A DNA stretch of 64,000 bases from the human T2T-CHM13v2.0 reference genome, Homo sapiens. Positions 1 through 14,962 of the stretch are shown here, piece after piece (position 1 is the first letter of the stretch; each line of letters opens with the position of its first letter). Made by a program: the position numbers and the translations under genes. The notes below the pieces were generated by a model. It ran no database searches. It was given only the letters and a program-made list of their open reading frames with translations, and was not told the DNA's origin. The stretch lies in assembly GCF_009914755.1 (NCBI RefSeq), contig NC_060934.1; one strand, 5' to 3'.

Positions 1-2448
<2,448 letters not shown>

Positions 2449-3483
2449 GGAATCTAGAGATAAAGATGTTTGGGTAGAAAGGGGAAACCTTTGTGGATTT
2501 TCTTTAAAAAACACTCAAATCAATTTTCATGAATGAATGTAAGGGGAAGTCATATGCCCACCTGCCTCTCTCAAACCTGGACAGAATGTTTGCAAATATC
2601 AAATAGGAAGCTCCAAAAGTTCCCCATAATAGAAAATCAGTGAGAACAGTATGTCTGGATCCTACCAGACATTTCTAAACAATATCATTATTCAGAAAAA
2701 AATCATATGCAAGAAAGTATTTCTGGATAAAAGAACACATTAAAAATGAACAAGACAATTTGGAAAAAATTAGATTGAATTAAACATGTAAATGTGATAC
2801 TTTGTTATACTGTCCTTACACATGCAGAATCACCTAGACCAGGCTAAGAAAGTGATTGTTTGCAATAATGATGATTACAGATACTACTAATTCCTGTAAA
2901 TAACCCTTTATGTGTCCAGCAGTCTAATCCACTGTACCCAAAAAGATGTAGCAGTATCATAGAACTATTCAAATTTACAGCTTTGCATTTTCTCTACAGA
3001 AGTTATAAAATGACTAAAGCAAAATGAATCTTCAACATTTCGATGGAATAAATGGCAACATATAAAACGTAATCATCTGCTCAACTACCTATTTTAAGGT
3101 AGTTTAACACATTAACTAAAGATTCACCTGTGTTTCTCATGTTATGTGGAATGCAGAATAAAGGAAGAAGTAAAGATACTGTGAACTACGGCCTCCTGCA
3201 GGACCTCCCAGTGGCTTCTTTCTACATGTTAGCTCACCAGGACCCAGTCCTGAGCTTCTCCAGCCAGACCCAAGAGGAAGGCAATAAACCAACCTATTGT
3301 CTGGTTGGGTCTGAAATGATTTCTGCGATTATAGACCCCACAGGTCTAAAGAGGAACATGGAAATTGACTGCACACTGACTTGCAAAACACTCCTGCCCC
3401 ATAAAGAGTTGGACCAGCCTAAAGAACATCAATACTAACAAAGAAAATATAAACCCTTCCCCAATATTAAATACAACTACTAT

Positions 3484-3700
3484 CACTTGTTGACATGTTA
3501 CTGTTAGGCACTATGCTAAATGCTTTATATATAAGATCACATTTAATTCTTCACCACCACCTTACGGGGGACATTATTATTCCCATTTTATAAATGGGGA
3601 AACATGAGATTGCAGAGTATTAAATGACTTGCTCAAAATCGCCCAGCTGGGAAGCGGTGGTGCTAGCACTTCAAACCAGAGCTACTTGATTTCCAAGCCC
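3484..3700 (-). mobile_element. MIR SINE
   Basis: Reverse-complement MIR core (attattcccattttataaatggggaaac...tgacttgctcaaaatc). Confidence 0.7.
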
Positions 3701-3919
3701 TGGCTGCGGCCATCCCTTAGGAGATAGAACCCGCACCTTGGTCCTTTTACACTGTAGCCCTGACTTGAACCCCAAACTGCTTGGCAGAAAACTTGGGATC
3801 CTGCCCAGTTCTCATCAGCCCCCTCTGTATTTCCCTAATGTGCTTGGTGGAAGAACTTGAAGGTTACTCTTCAAAATAGTTTGTGTGGGGAATGGTAAAT
3901 AATAAAAGGTAACGTAGAA

Positions 3920-4130
3920 TGAACGAATACCATGTGCCAGGCGCATGCAAAACTTATCCCACTTGATCCTTACAAATCTGTGAGCTAGCCATCATTATCC
4001 CCTCTTACAGATGAGGAAACAGGGTCAGAGGGGTAAAATGCTATGCCCAAAGGTACACATTTATTCAGTTTAAGAGCCAGGATTCAAAACTGTGTTTTCT
4101 CCTTTTAGAGTCTGTGTATTTGGACACTAC
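3920..4130 (-). mobile_element. MIR SINE
   Basis: attatcccctcttacagatgaggaaacagggtcagaggggtaaa...gagccaggattcaaa. Confidence 0.75.
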
Positions 4131-4697
4131 AGTATTCTTACTCTCAGTCAACTTGATTGTACATGGTCTGTGATCATTTATTTGTTGACAGTTCTCAGAT
4201 AAATCACCTTCCTTTAAATTAAAAAAGAAAAATCATTTCCACTTTCCTTTAAATTAAGAAAAGAAAAATCACTAACAGGTTTTTTTGTTTGTTTGTTTTG
4301 TTGTTTTTTTTTTTTTGCCTCCGGGAATAAAGCAGCTTGAAAATAAATGACATATATTAGATAGTAGGTCTTGGTTTCTAAAATTTAATAGTGAGGCAAC
4401 ACATCTTTGTAGACAAACCATTGCTTCTTACAAAGATAAGGGTAGAAAGATACAGAGGAAAAAATCACTGTAGTGCATGATCTCAATTTCTTCCACAAGA
4501 AACCAGATCTGGAGAGATTAATATGTCACCAAATAAAATAAAGTAAAAGAAAAATGGAGTAATTAAGGATCACATCTCCAGTTTCATATAACACAATCAT
4601 ACTACATGTAATAGTTCCCTATTGACAGAAATATGCTGTCATTTACTGCCAGGGATTATCTCTTGACACAATATATTTTATAGAGTTATATTGGAAA

Positions 4698-6214
4698 ACA
4701 AGTAAAAAAGAAGGAATCCTGTGATTCACATATTGGAAAAATCTTGATATAAGTATGGTAGCTCATCAGCTAGATTAGGTTGTCGATGTGTTTTGTGAGA
4801 TGTAAACGAAGTGGAATTCCCTTCTGATGCCACCAGTACCATCTTCCTCTGTCTTTCAGAATTAGATTTGCATTTGAGATTCTTCACTGTGAAGTAACTC
4901 TGGTCAGGGAGCATGTGAATACTCTCTGTGCATAACACAATCAGGGTATTTCTTTGCAAGAAATAAAGACAAAATGATGTAAATGAAAAAAAAATGAACT
5001 TGTTCACTTGCCCCAGCACATCCTAAATCTGTAGGCACTCAAACCCCTTCAGTCAAGAACTGCATAAACTTTCATGGATTCCTGTATGTATTTGCTTCAG
5101 AGCAGATACTGTGAGGTGGGATAGTTGGGGAAGGTGCATTCCTGTTCCCCTCTGACAATGATGGGCAGGGGCAACAAGTCCGTCCTGTCTATGGGCAGCA
5201 AAGCCCATCTACATGAGAGAAATGAAGTAACTGGAGAAATGAAAAGATCTTTCCTACAAATTTCCTCTCCCCAGGACAGAGCTAGAGCTACATATGATGA
5301 GTCCAAAAGAAGCCATCCATTCATAGGTGTCACATACATGTAAAAGTACAATATGTATATAAATATACACATTTACATATACAGATCTATTGTAAGAAAT
5401 TGACTTACATGATTACAGAGGCAAAGAAGTTCCAAGATCTGTACTTGGCAAGCTGGAGACCAGGGAGAGCTGATGGCATAGTCTTGGTGCAAGTCCAAAG
5501 GCCTGAGAACCAGGAGAGCTGATAGAGTAAGTTCCAGTCTGAAAGCCAGCTGGCTTGAAACTCAAGAAGAGCTGATGTTTCAGTTTGAGTCTGAAGGCGA
5601 GAAAAAGACCCATGTTCCAACTCAAGCAGTCAGGCAGGAGGAGCCCTCTCTTACTCAGCCTCTTTGTTTTGTTCAGTCTTCAATTGATTGGATGGGGTCC
5701 ACTCGCATTAGGGAGGATATACTGCTTTGCTAGGTCTACCAATTCAAATGCTAATCTCATCTGGAAACACGTTCACAGACACACCCAGAATAATGTTTGA
5801 CCAAATGTCTGGGCACCCGGTGGCCCAGTCAAGTTGATACATAAAATTAACCTAATGTATGCTGAGGGGCTAGCTAACAAATGCCTGGAACAGATGCCTT
5901 TTGGGTTGATACAAGAAAAATAGACTTTAAATTCTCAACCTAAGAGGCTCTAAAAATTAACTAGTTAGCATTATGTAACTATAGGTATTTCATCAGTCTA
6001 TCTGCTGTTTCCTGTAATCAGAGAAATTTCCAAAGAATTCAGATGGGCTTTACAAGTAGAAAAGGAGGAATCCTATGATTCACATACTGGAAATATCTTG
6101 ATATAAGTATGGTAGCTCATCTTCTAGATTAGGTTGTTGATGTGTTTTGTGAGATGTAAATGAACTAGAATTCCCTTCTGATATCACCAGTACCATCTTC
6201 CTTTACCATTCAGA
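4698..6214 (+). repeat. Dispersed 163-bp direct duplication (4698-4860 and 6052-6214)
   Basis: Ungapped alignment by eye, about 17 mismatches (~90% identity), offset 1354 bp. Confidence 0.95.
5300..5853 (-). mobile_element. MLT2-family (ERVL) solo LTR, MLT2B/C/D-like
   Basis: ggcccagtcaagttgatacataaaattaacc is the reverse complement of the MLT2 5' end; gctggagaccaggg...ggcctgagaaccaggagagctgat internal motifs. Confidence 0.8.
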
Positions 6215-6501
6215 TCAAATATTAAACTCGGGTTGATGACTTTCATGACTTCCAGAAAATGTACCATTCATTTTCATTCCTCCTCTCTCCCTGATTTGAC
6301 AGTCTCATTTCTTTCCTCCATCTCTTATCTTCCCCAGTCTTTTTGTTCTGAATATTATAGTTAAGTTGAATATCAACTAAAATTTGTTAGACAGTGTTGC
6401 TACTTTCAAAGAATGTTTGTCCTATAAATGTTGAATCTTTGAGTATTTCCAATGACTGTTGAATGTAAAATGGTTAGTGTTACATATAAAAAGAACAAAA
6501 A

Positions 6502-6764
6502 TTTTGAGAGGCCAAGGCAGGAGGATCACTTGAGGCCAGGAGTATGAGACCAGCCTGGGCAATATAACAAGACCCTGTCTCTACAAAATAAAAAAAAAAA
6601 AAGAAATTAGTCAGGAATAGTCCTAACTACTCAGGAGACTGAGGCGAGAGAAATGCTTATGCCCAGGAGTTCGAGGTTGCAGTAAGCTAAGATTGTACCA
6701 CTGCACTCCAGCCTGGGCGACAGAGTGAGACCTTGTCTCTAAAAAAGCAAAAACAAAAACAAAA
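6502..6764 (+). mobile_element. AluJ, 5'-truncated
   Basis: Dimeric Alu with A-rich linker, AluJ-type ggaggatcacttgaggccagg, and A tail. Confidence 0.9.
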
Positions 6765-7540
6765 TGCTCTCACTGCAAACCCCTTGCAGTGAAATAATTC
6801 ATTTTAGAGTGAGGATTAGAATCTCTGCAAATGGGAGAATGCTTAAAGGCAATTGCTGTGATTCGTCCTTCACTCTTGCTTACTGTGCCCAATTTTCTTA
6901 AACTTCCATTGATAGATGTTTCCCCGGTGACTGTCATGGAAGAAATGGTAATTTTCCTAAGCCTACTTAAGCACTTCTAGTCTTGACTTGAGTCTAACAC
7001 TTTTGGGACAAATTTTGATTTTTCTAGAAATAGTATGTAACTAGTTTCAAGGTTTGCCAATAACTGGGATATACATCAAATACTGTGTATCTATGATTAT
7101 GCTTTTGTTAGTGTGCTATTACATAATTAGCAAATTTTAGATTCCTATAATAGTCAAAAGAGCGCATATTTTAATAATGTGCCTATGATATGGCCCACAG
7201 AATATCATAATTCTTAAAGAGATACTTGCCTTTGTGCTCTTTCAAAATTTATACAGTGAAAAGTCAGCTCCTCTGGCTTCTCAGCTGTAAACCACTTAAC
7301 AAATCCAGAGTGAATTTTAAAAATGCCCACCCTTCTTTCTGAAGAGCCTGCTATAGTGCCAGATTCTGCTGATGGAAGAATGTTTTTCACAGCTTGAATA
7401 CAAATTACGGAAAAGTACACAACAGAAAGCAGAAATATTAGACAAAGGGGAAGACTCTAAACCCAAGAAAGGTTCTTTCCCTTTGCCGTGGTGGTTCTGC
7501 ACTCATGACTGACTGAATTGAAACTTTTCAGATTTGCCCA

Positions 7541-7834
7541 TTATTTTTATTTTTTTATTTTTATCTTTTTTAGAGATAGCGTCTTGCTCTGTCACCCAGG
7601 CTGGAATGCAGTGGCGTAATCATAGCCCACCGTAACCTTGAACTTCTGGGCTCAAGTGATCCCCTCGCCTTAGCCTCCCAAGTAGCTAGGACTACTCCTG
7701 GCTAATTTTTATTTTGCAAAGATAGAGTCTTACTGTGTTGCCCAGGCTGGTCTCGAACTCCTGAGCTTAAGTGATCTTCCTGTCTTGACCTCCCAAAGTA
7801 CTGGGATTACAGGCATGAGCTACTGTGCCTGGCT
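7541..7834 (-). mobile_element. AluJ
   Basis: T-rich tail then Alu reverse complement; degenerate TSD agatttgccca / agatttgttca. Confidence 0.9.
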
Positions 7835-8116
7835 AGATTTGTTCATTTTAGAAGTGTTACTTTTACTATTTTCAACTTGAAAACATTTTACACTATTCAC
7901 AGTTAATTAAAAAAAAAAGTCACGTATAATGTGTATATATTTAAGCCAACTTTACAAATCAAGATTGGTAATTATTCTTTTTCCCCCTAGAATATAAAAT
8001 ATTCTGTGATATTGCTATAGGAATTGAAAATATCCATCAGGTGTGAGTGTGTGAGGCCAGGATCTACAGTAACTAACTTCACACCCAGTCTAGTGGGAGA
8101 GTTAGAGACATTAGGA

Positions 8117-8430
8117 CCATGCTGTTCAAAAGAAGATAATGAGAGCCACATACATAATTTCTAATTTCCTAGCAGCCACATTAACAAAGGCAAAAAGAAA
8201 CAATTGAAATTTAAAAAATGTATTTGATTTAACCCAATATATCTGTACTATATGGTTTCAACATATAATCTATATAAAAATTATTAATAAAATATTTTAC
8301 ATTTGTTCATACTCTGTCTTTAAAATCTAGTGTGCATGTTATGCTTATAGCACACCTCAGTTTGGATTAGCCACATCTCAAGTACTCAATAGCTACATGT
8401 GGTTGGTGGGTACCATATTGGATAACACCA
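8117..8430 (-). mobile_element. MER33 (hAT-Charlie MITE)
   Basis: Termini gctgttcaa...attggataacac; internal tagccacatctcaagtactcaatagctacatgtgg matches recalled MER33/MER3. Confidence 0.8.
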
Positions 8431-8491
8431 ATTGGATTGGACACAATCTGCTTCTTAGACTTTTGTTAGACAAATTAGATGATGGATTTTT

Positions 8492-8796
8492 TGTTTTGTT
8501 TTGTTTTGTTTTTTGAGACGGAGTCTTGCTCTGTCACCCAGGCTGGAGTACAGTAGCGTAATCTCAGCTCACTGTAACCTCTGCCTCCTAGGTTTAAGCC
8601 ATTCTCCTGCCTCAGCCTCCTGAGTAGCTTGGACTACAGGCACCTGCCACCAAGCCCAGCTAATTTTTGTATTTTTAGTAGAGACGGGGTTTCACCATGT
8701 TGGCCAGACTGGTCTTGAACTCCCAACCTGAAGTGATCCACCCACCTCAGCCTCCCAAAGTGCTGGTATTACAGGTGTGAGCCACCGCGCCCAGCC
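8492..8796 (-). mobile_element. AluS, full length
   Basis: Perfect TSD agatgatggattttt at 8477-8491 and 8797-8811. Confidence 0.95.
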
Positions 8797-9042
8797 AGAT
8801 GATGGATTTTTAAAATGTGAACCTTTTACTGATGCATAAAAATATACAGAATAATGCATAAATAATAAGTGCATTTTGATGAGTTTTCACGAAGAACATA
8901 GCTGCTTAACTAGACCCCAGATCATGAGATGGAACATTAACAGAGGCTCCCTTGTGTTCCCATTACATTTTCTTTTGATATCACAAATATCAAGACCTTG
9001 CTTTTCTTGCCTCCCACTCTATAAAGCAGACTCACTTATACA

Positions 9043-9065
9043 TTAGGTTGGTGTGAAAGTAATTG
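9043..9065 (+). mobile_element. MADE1/Hsmar1 terminal inverted repeat fragment (solo)
   Basis: ttaggttggtgtgaaagtaattg vs recalled TIR TTAGGTTGGTGCAAAAGTAATTG; no partner TIR seen. Confidence 0.55.
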
Positions 9066-9098
9066 GTGCACATTGAAAGCCAGTGCTTTGGTTTTCAG

Positions 9099-9225
9099 GG
9101 CAGTTCCAATCCTGGTCATGAATCTGCATTATGGATCTTCACAAATTGAAGAAACCCTCAAGGGGCCACGCCGGGAAAGGCAAGTTGAAAGAGAAGGACA
9201 TCCCTGACTACTTAATAAACTGGAT
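9099..9225 (+). pseudogene. Candidate exon A (ATG 9131): MDLHKLKKPSRGHAGKGKLKEKDIPDYLINW + AT, ends phase 2
   Basis: Acceptor tgctttggttttcag|G; open frame; weak donor GAT|gtgtgt. Confidence 0.45.
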
Positions 9226-9599
9226 GTGTGTGTATTTCTCTTGGCTCTCATTTAGTTTCGAATATAGGGTGATGTAATTCAAATACCTTCTGAATCTGCT
9301 TTCTTTCTCCATGTGGTCATTAAATATGAGTGGAGTAAGAATGAGAAAATAACTCTCAGTTATATCAACTTCTATGGGATGTTGCAAAGCTGTGATCATT
9401 TTTGATCAAGCAAAGTTTTCTCTTGGCCAAAGAAGAACTGGGTATACAACATACACTCTATAAGTACAGTGCATGGCTAGGAGGGTGAGAGATGGAGCAA
9501 ACATCCAAGCATTTCATATATTTTTCTAAAAAAAAATTTTGGAAAAGAAACTCAGGTTTATAGATGTAGCGTCTTTCCAGAGCTGCAGAAAGGGTGAGA

Positions 9600-9892
<293 letters not shown>

Positions 9893-10312
9893 AGGGTGAG
9901 AGGGAGTTAAGCATGAATGCAGGAAAGCACACTTTGCCAAGCTAGAGATGAAATCGCACACCTCCCTGCCATTCCCTTCAGAAGCCTTCTCCTAGGAGGG
10001 GAGAGTCCATGACTTCAAGGCCCTTCCTCCGCAGAGAGCTGTGCAACAGCAGCACAGATCAGCATGGCTCCCCCAGGAAGCAGAATGCCTCGTTCCTGCT
10101 GTGACTGCAATGGCTCCCTCTTTCTCTCTCTTTCTGCCCTGTCCTTCCTTGTGGGGTGCCTTTCTTTGAGGGCAAAAGTGTCTTGGATATTTTCAAGCAC
10201 CCGAAAGATGAACGACATCACAAGGGTGGGTCTGCCACATAGCTATTTAAGTGGTTAAAGATAGAAAATGATATTGGCTAAAAAAAACCCAGTCTCTGCA
10301 TAGCTTAGTGAC

Positions 10313-10856
10313 TGTGATGGTTAAAATTGAGTGTCAACTTGATTGGATTGAAGGATGCAAAGTATTGGTCTTGGGAGTGGCTATGAGGGTGTCTCCAAAG
10401 GAGATTAACATTTGAGTCAGTGGACTGGGAGAGGCAGACCCACTCTCAGTCTGGGTGGGTACCATTTAATCACCTGCCAGCACAGCTAGGATAAAGCAGG
10501 CAGAAGAATATGGAAGGACTTGACTTGCTGAGTCTTCTGGCCTCCATCTTTCTCCTGTGCTGGATGCTTCCCGGCTTCGAACATCAGACTCCAAGTTCAT
10601 CAGCTTCTGGACTCTTGGACTTACACCAGTGGTTTGCCAGGGGCTCTCGGGCCTTCGGCCACAGACTGAAGGTTGCACTGTCAGCGTTCCTACTTCTGAG
10701 GTTTTGGGACTTGGACTGGCTTCCCTGCTCCTCATCTTGCAGATGGCTTATTGTGGGACTTCACCTTGTGATCGCATGAGTCAATTCTCCTAATAAACTC
10801 CCCTTCATATATACATCTATCCTATTAGTTCTGTCCCTCTAGAGAACCCTAATACA
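10313..10856 (+). mobile_element. MLT2A (MLT2A2-like, HERVL) solo LTR
   Basis: TGTGATGGTTAA...CCCTAATACA termini, 5-bp TSD gtgac (10308-12, 10857-61), AATAAA near 10792. Confidence 0.92.
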
Positions 10857-11299
10857 GTGACTATTTCATCACACCTTATTCTGAAGAGAGCCACATCCTT
10901 TGGTGTTGAGGGTAGGCTGAGTATTCCCTGTTCCATCATTTGTTCTATCTCACAGGATAGGATTGAACCCCTGACATATCTGAACGCCATGACAAACTGT
11001 GATATTATGCAGTCTCACAGCTCAGCAGGGAAATGGGCTGGCAACACTAGATGAGTCAAGGGATTAAAGCTTTCCAATTCCCATATTTTAGTTAAAAAAA
11101 AAACAGTAACTATATAAAAAATTAAAAAACAAAAACAAACTGAAAAGAAAATCTGACATATGGAAAAGTGTATCATAGGGATAGACCATGGGCAATTGCA
11201 CATAGGTAGTTCATAGAGCTGGCTGATTATCACAATCATTCATTGTATTTTGAAGTCTTGCATCGCAATGAGTAGTTTTTTGTTTTTTTTTTTATTTAA

Positions 11300-11633
<334 letters not shown>

Positions 11634-11775
11634 CACGTTGATTTTCTATGTGGTGTTGCTCTTTTTGAAATTCTTCCATTATTTGATATACATGGAAATG
11701 AGCATTCCCTATTCCGCCTAACATAATGCAACCATCTTGTGACTGTGATTTTCAGGGTTTTATCTAATTAATTAA

Positions 11776-12060
11776 TTTTTTGGAGACAGGATCTTGCTCT
11801 GTTACCCAGGCAGGAGTGCAGTAGCGTGATTACAGTTCACTCCACTTCTACCTCCCAGCCTCAAGCCATCCTCCCTCCTTCACCCTCCAGAGTAGCTGGA
11901 ACTGCAGGCACGTACCACCACACCTGGCTATTTTTGTATTTTTTTGTAGAGGTGGGGTTTATGTGGCCCAGGCTTGTCTCAAGCTCCTGGGCTCAAGCAA
12001 TACTCCCACCTCAGCCTCCCAAAGTGCTGGGATTATAGGCATGAGCCATGGCGCCTGGAC
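11776..12060 (-). mobile_element. AluJ
   Basis: Diverged Alu reverse complement with ctcctgggctcaagc. Confidence 0.88.
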
Positions 12061-12346
12061 TTATTTTCAGGATTTTATATGTTAGAGAATTAATGTATAC
12101 TTTAGGGATTTTGATCTTTTGGGATTTACACATTAAGCATTATGGCTTTTGGCATTGTGTCTTCCAGGATTATAATCCAAACCTGAAAAATACTTTGAAG
12201 TTTTACTTTCTCTGGGTCTTCCACCTACCTTCTGCCCAATGGTAGCCTTTACTCCCTGGTAACGCTCTAAAGTGTTGCTGAGTTTGAGCAAACGTGGTAG
12301 ATAAAGTTGTACCAGAGCTTCTCTTGGTGCACATTTTCTGCCTATG

Positions 12347-13569
12347 TGAAATCACCCTCATAGAGTTAACAAGAATTGCATGCCAGGTTCTGGACAGAAA
12401 TATAATACTTACAATTAAACATTCCTCAGACTGCACTCTGCCCCACTTTCTTGTAGCTGCTTAATAAACATAAATCTAGTGTGCATATCAGGCTTACAGC
12501 ACACCTCAATTTGGACTAGCCACATCTCACTAGATACTGACCATTTGCGTTCTCACTGATACTAGATACTAAATTCTCATTGTTTCTATAGCTAGACTCT
12601 CTGACATTAGAATCCTAAGGATTTTGTTGCAGAATTGCTTAAGATGTTTTTCAGATCCTGAATTCCAGCAAAATGGGTGGTGCCAACCAGTTTGAAGAAC
12701 CCCACAGAGGAACGGAATCAACATGAGAATACAGTTTCTTCATCTATCTTGTGACTTCATCCTACACTCTTCAACCTAACAACCATCTCTACACCTCAGC
12801 CCGCTACTTGTCCAAGCCTCTTAAAATCCCTATCCCTAGACTCCTCCGGGAGGCAGATTTGAGGTTTCCCCCCATCTCTTTCATTTGTCTGCCTTATGAT
12901 TAAACCTCTTTCTCTGCTGCAACCTAGTGTCTTAGTGTATTTGCTTGCCATGGGAGGACTAAGCTCTGAGTTTTTTCATTTTGCCCAAATTCTTGTCTAA
13001 GAGGTCTGGGGAGTCATGCCCTACAAACCGTAAAATCTCTTCAGATGGGTTTTATTTAACCCTATATATTGTGATTTACTTTCCCATCTGACTCTGGAAA
13101 GAGTCTAGCACGTTTTAAAGATCTGAATAGGAAACATTTGTCATCTATTCTCTCTAAGGGCAGACACTATAAGACTTCAAAAGGACCTTGGTCTCCACAA
13201 TCTTTTATCTTAACCTGAACATTTCCTTTCTAAGCAATTGTCAACCAGAAAATGTTTAAATTTACCTATAGCCTAGAAGCACTCCCTGCACCCCCCGCTT
13301 TGAGTTGTCCCACCTTTCTGGACCAAACCAATGTATTTTTAAGAAATACATTTAAGATGCAGTTGATTGATGTCTCATGCCTTTCTAAAATGTATAAAAC
13401 CAACCTGTGCCCCGGCCACCTTGGGCACATGTTCTCAGGACCTCTTGAGGGCTGTGTCACAGGCCATAGTCACTCATATTTGGCTTAGAATAAATCTCTT
13501 CAAATATTTTACATAATTTGACTCTTTTCGTTGACACACATGTTGGGAAACAAACCTGGTACAGTTACG
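12347..13569 (+). mobile_element. ERV1-class solo LTR (MER66-like; name uncertain), interrupted by a MER4E LTR
   Basis: Starts tgaaatcaccctcatagagttaacaag; ATTAAA poly(A) signal near 12899; 3' terminus (...aacctggtacagttac) resumes after 13536. Confidence 0.7.
12951..13536 (+). mobile_element. MER4E/MER4E1-like LTR nested in the preceding LTR
   Basis: gaggactaagctctga...gagtcatgccctacaaacc start; gaataaatctcttcaaatattttac...tcgttgaca end. Confidence 0.82.
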
Positions 13570-13599
13570 TAGGTGAGCTTATCACTCCCATGAATTTGA

Positions 13600-14950
13600 T
13601 ATCTTCTATATACCAACAACTCCTAGATCTACATATGCAGCACGAGACTTTCCTCTGAGCTCCAGACCCACGATATAGCTTTACAGTAGACATCTCCAAC
13701 CACAAGGTTTATAGCAATGCCAAGTTCAACAAGCCCAATTGAGCTGGGGATGCTTCCCCAACAAACCTGTCCTCTTCCAGTGTTTTCTGCCTCAGTGATG
13801 TGAGCCCCAAATATCTGAGACAGGTCCTAGTCAATTTAGGAAGCCTATTTTGCCAGAGTTAAGGATGCGTACCCATGACACAACCTCAGGAGGTGCTAAC
13901 GACATGTGCCCAAGGTGGTCGGGGCACAGCTTAGTTTTATACATTTTAGAGAGACATGAGACATCAATCAATATATGTAAGATGTACATTGGTTCTGTCT
14001 GGAAAGGCGGGACAACTGGAAGAGGAGAGGGGGCTTCTAGGTCATAGGTAGGTAAGAGACAAATTGTTGCATTCTTTTGAGCTTCTGATTAACCTTTCCA
14101 AAAGAGGCAATCAGATATGCATTTATCTCGGTGAGCAGAGGAATGACTTTGAGTTCTGTCTGTCCTTTGTCCACAGTGAAATTCCTTGTGAGGGAGGGAG
14201 GTGTGTAGCTTTTTTTTTTTTTAAATCTTAGTAGCTATGTTTTTTAGGAATAGATTTGGAGGCAGGTTTGCCCTAAGCAGTTCCCAGCTTGACTTTTCCC
14301 TTTGGCTTAGTGGTTTTGGGGTCCCAAGATTCATTTTCCTTTCACAGTGAACAGCCCCTTGTTGTCCCTAGTCATGCCTGACACCTGGGATCTCCTGCAT
14401 CAGTACTCCAATTTCCATTTGATCACCAAGTATGGTTGATTCTAGCTTCTGCAGATCTTGAATGCATCCACGTTCCTCCACCGCCCTTGGCTGTGCTACT
14501 AGGACTACTCTTGTACCAGCCATGTCACTGGAGTGGATTTAGGCTCTCCTCATGCCTACTAAGTAACTATTAAAAATGCAAGTCTAATTGTCACTTCAGA
14601 GGCTTTCTACTTTTCTAAAACAAACTCCAAAGTCCTTAACAGCATGCATGGGACTGCATGAACTGACAACTTTCTTTCTCTCCCACCTCTGCTTGCCCCA
14701 CTTTCTGCTGTCCAGACACTGCAGCCCCTTGTAAATTCTTCCATTGTGATGTGCTGCTTCCTGTCTCAGAGCCTTTGCATGGACTCATTTCTCTTCTTCA
14801 AATGCTCTTCCACTTCTAGGGAAACTTCCTTGACCCCTAAGAGTAGGTAAGGCCCACTGTTATGTGTCTCATGTTTATTCGCATAGGTATTAATAATTTT
14901 TTCTCTAGCGTCTTCAGTGGTCCATAAGGATCACAAGAACAAAGACTGCC
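13600..14950 (+). mobile_element. L2 LINE relic split by MER4A
   Basis: ctgagctccagaccc...gacatctccaac...aagttcaacaagcccaa and later cagagcctttgcatgg motifs of the L2 3' region. Confidence 0.6.
13799..14346 (-). mobile_element. MER4A/MER4A1 solo LTR
   Basis: Reverse complement begins TGTGAAAGGAAAATGAATCTTGGGACCCC; 4-bp TSD gtga. Confidence 0.88.
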
Positions 14951-14962
14951 CAGCCTTAGCCC

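Noticed and set aside
4726-5019. Minus-strand 97-aa ORF with an acceptor-like tract
   Set aside because: No recognisable homology and no phase-compatible partner exons found on the minus strand.
6770-6792. Short hairpin tcactgcaa-acccc-ttgcagtga
   Set aside because: A 9-bp stem is too short to support an RNA gene or terminator.
7214-7420. Minus-strand exon-like ORF (AVKNILPSAESG...)
   Set aside because: Only a GC-type or weak donor and no linking exons; cannot be supported.
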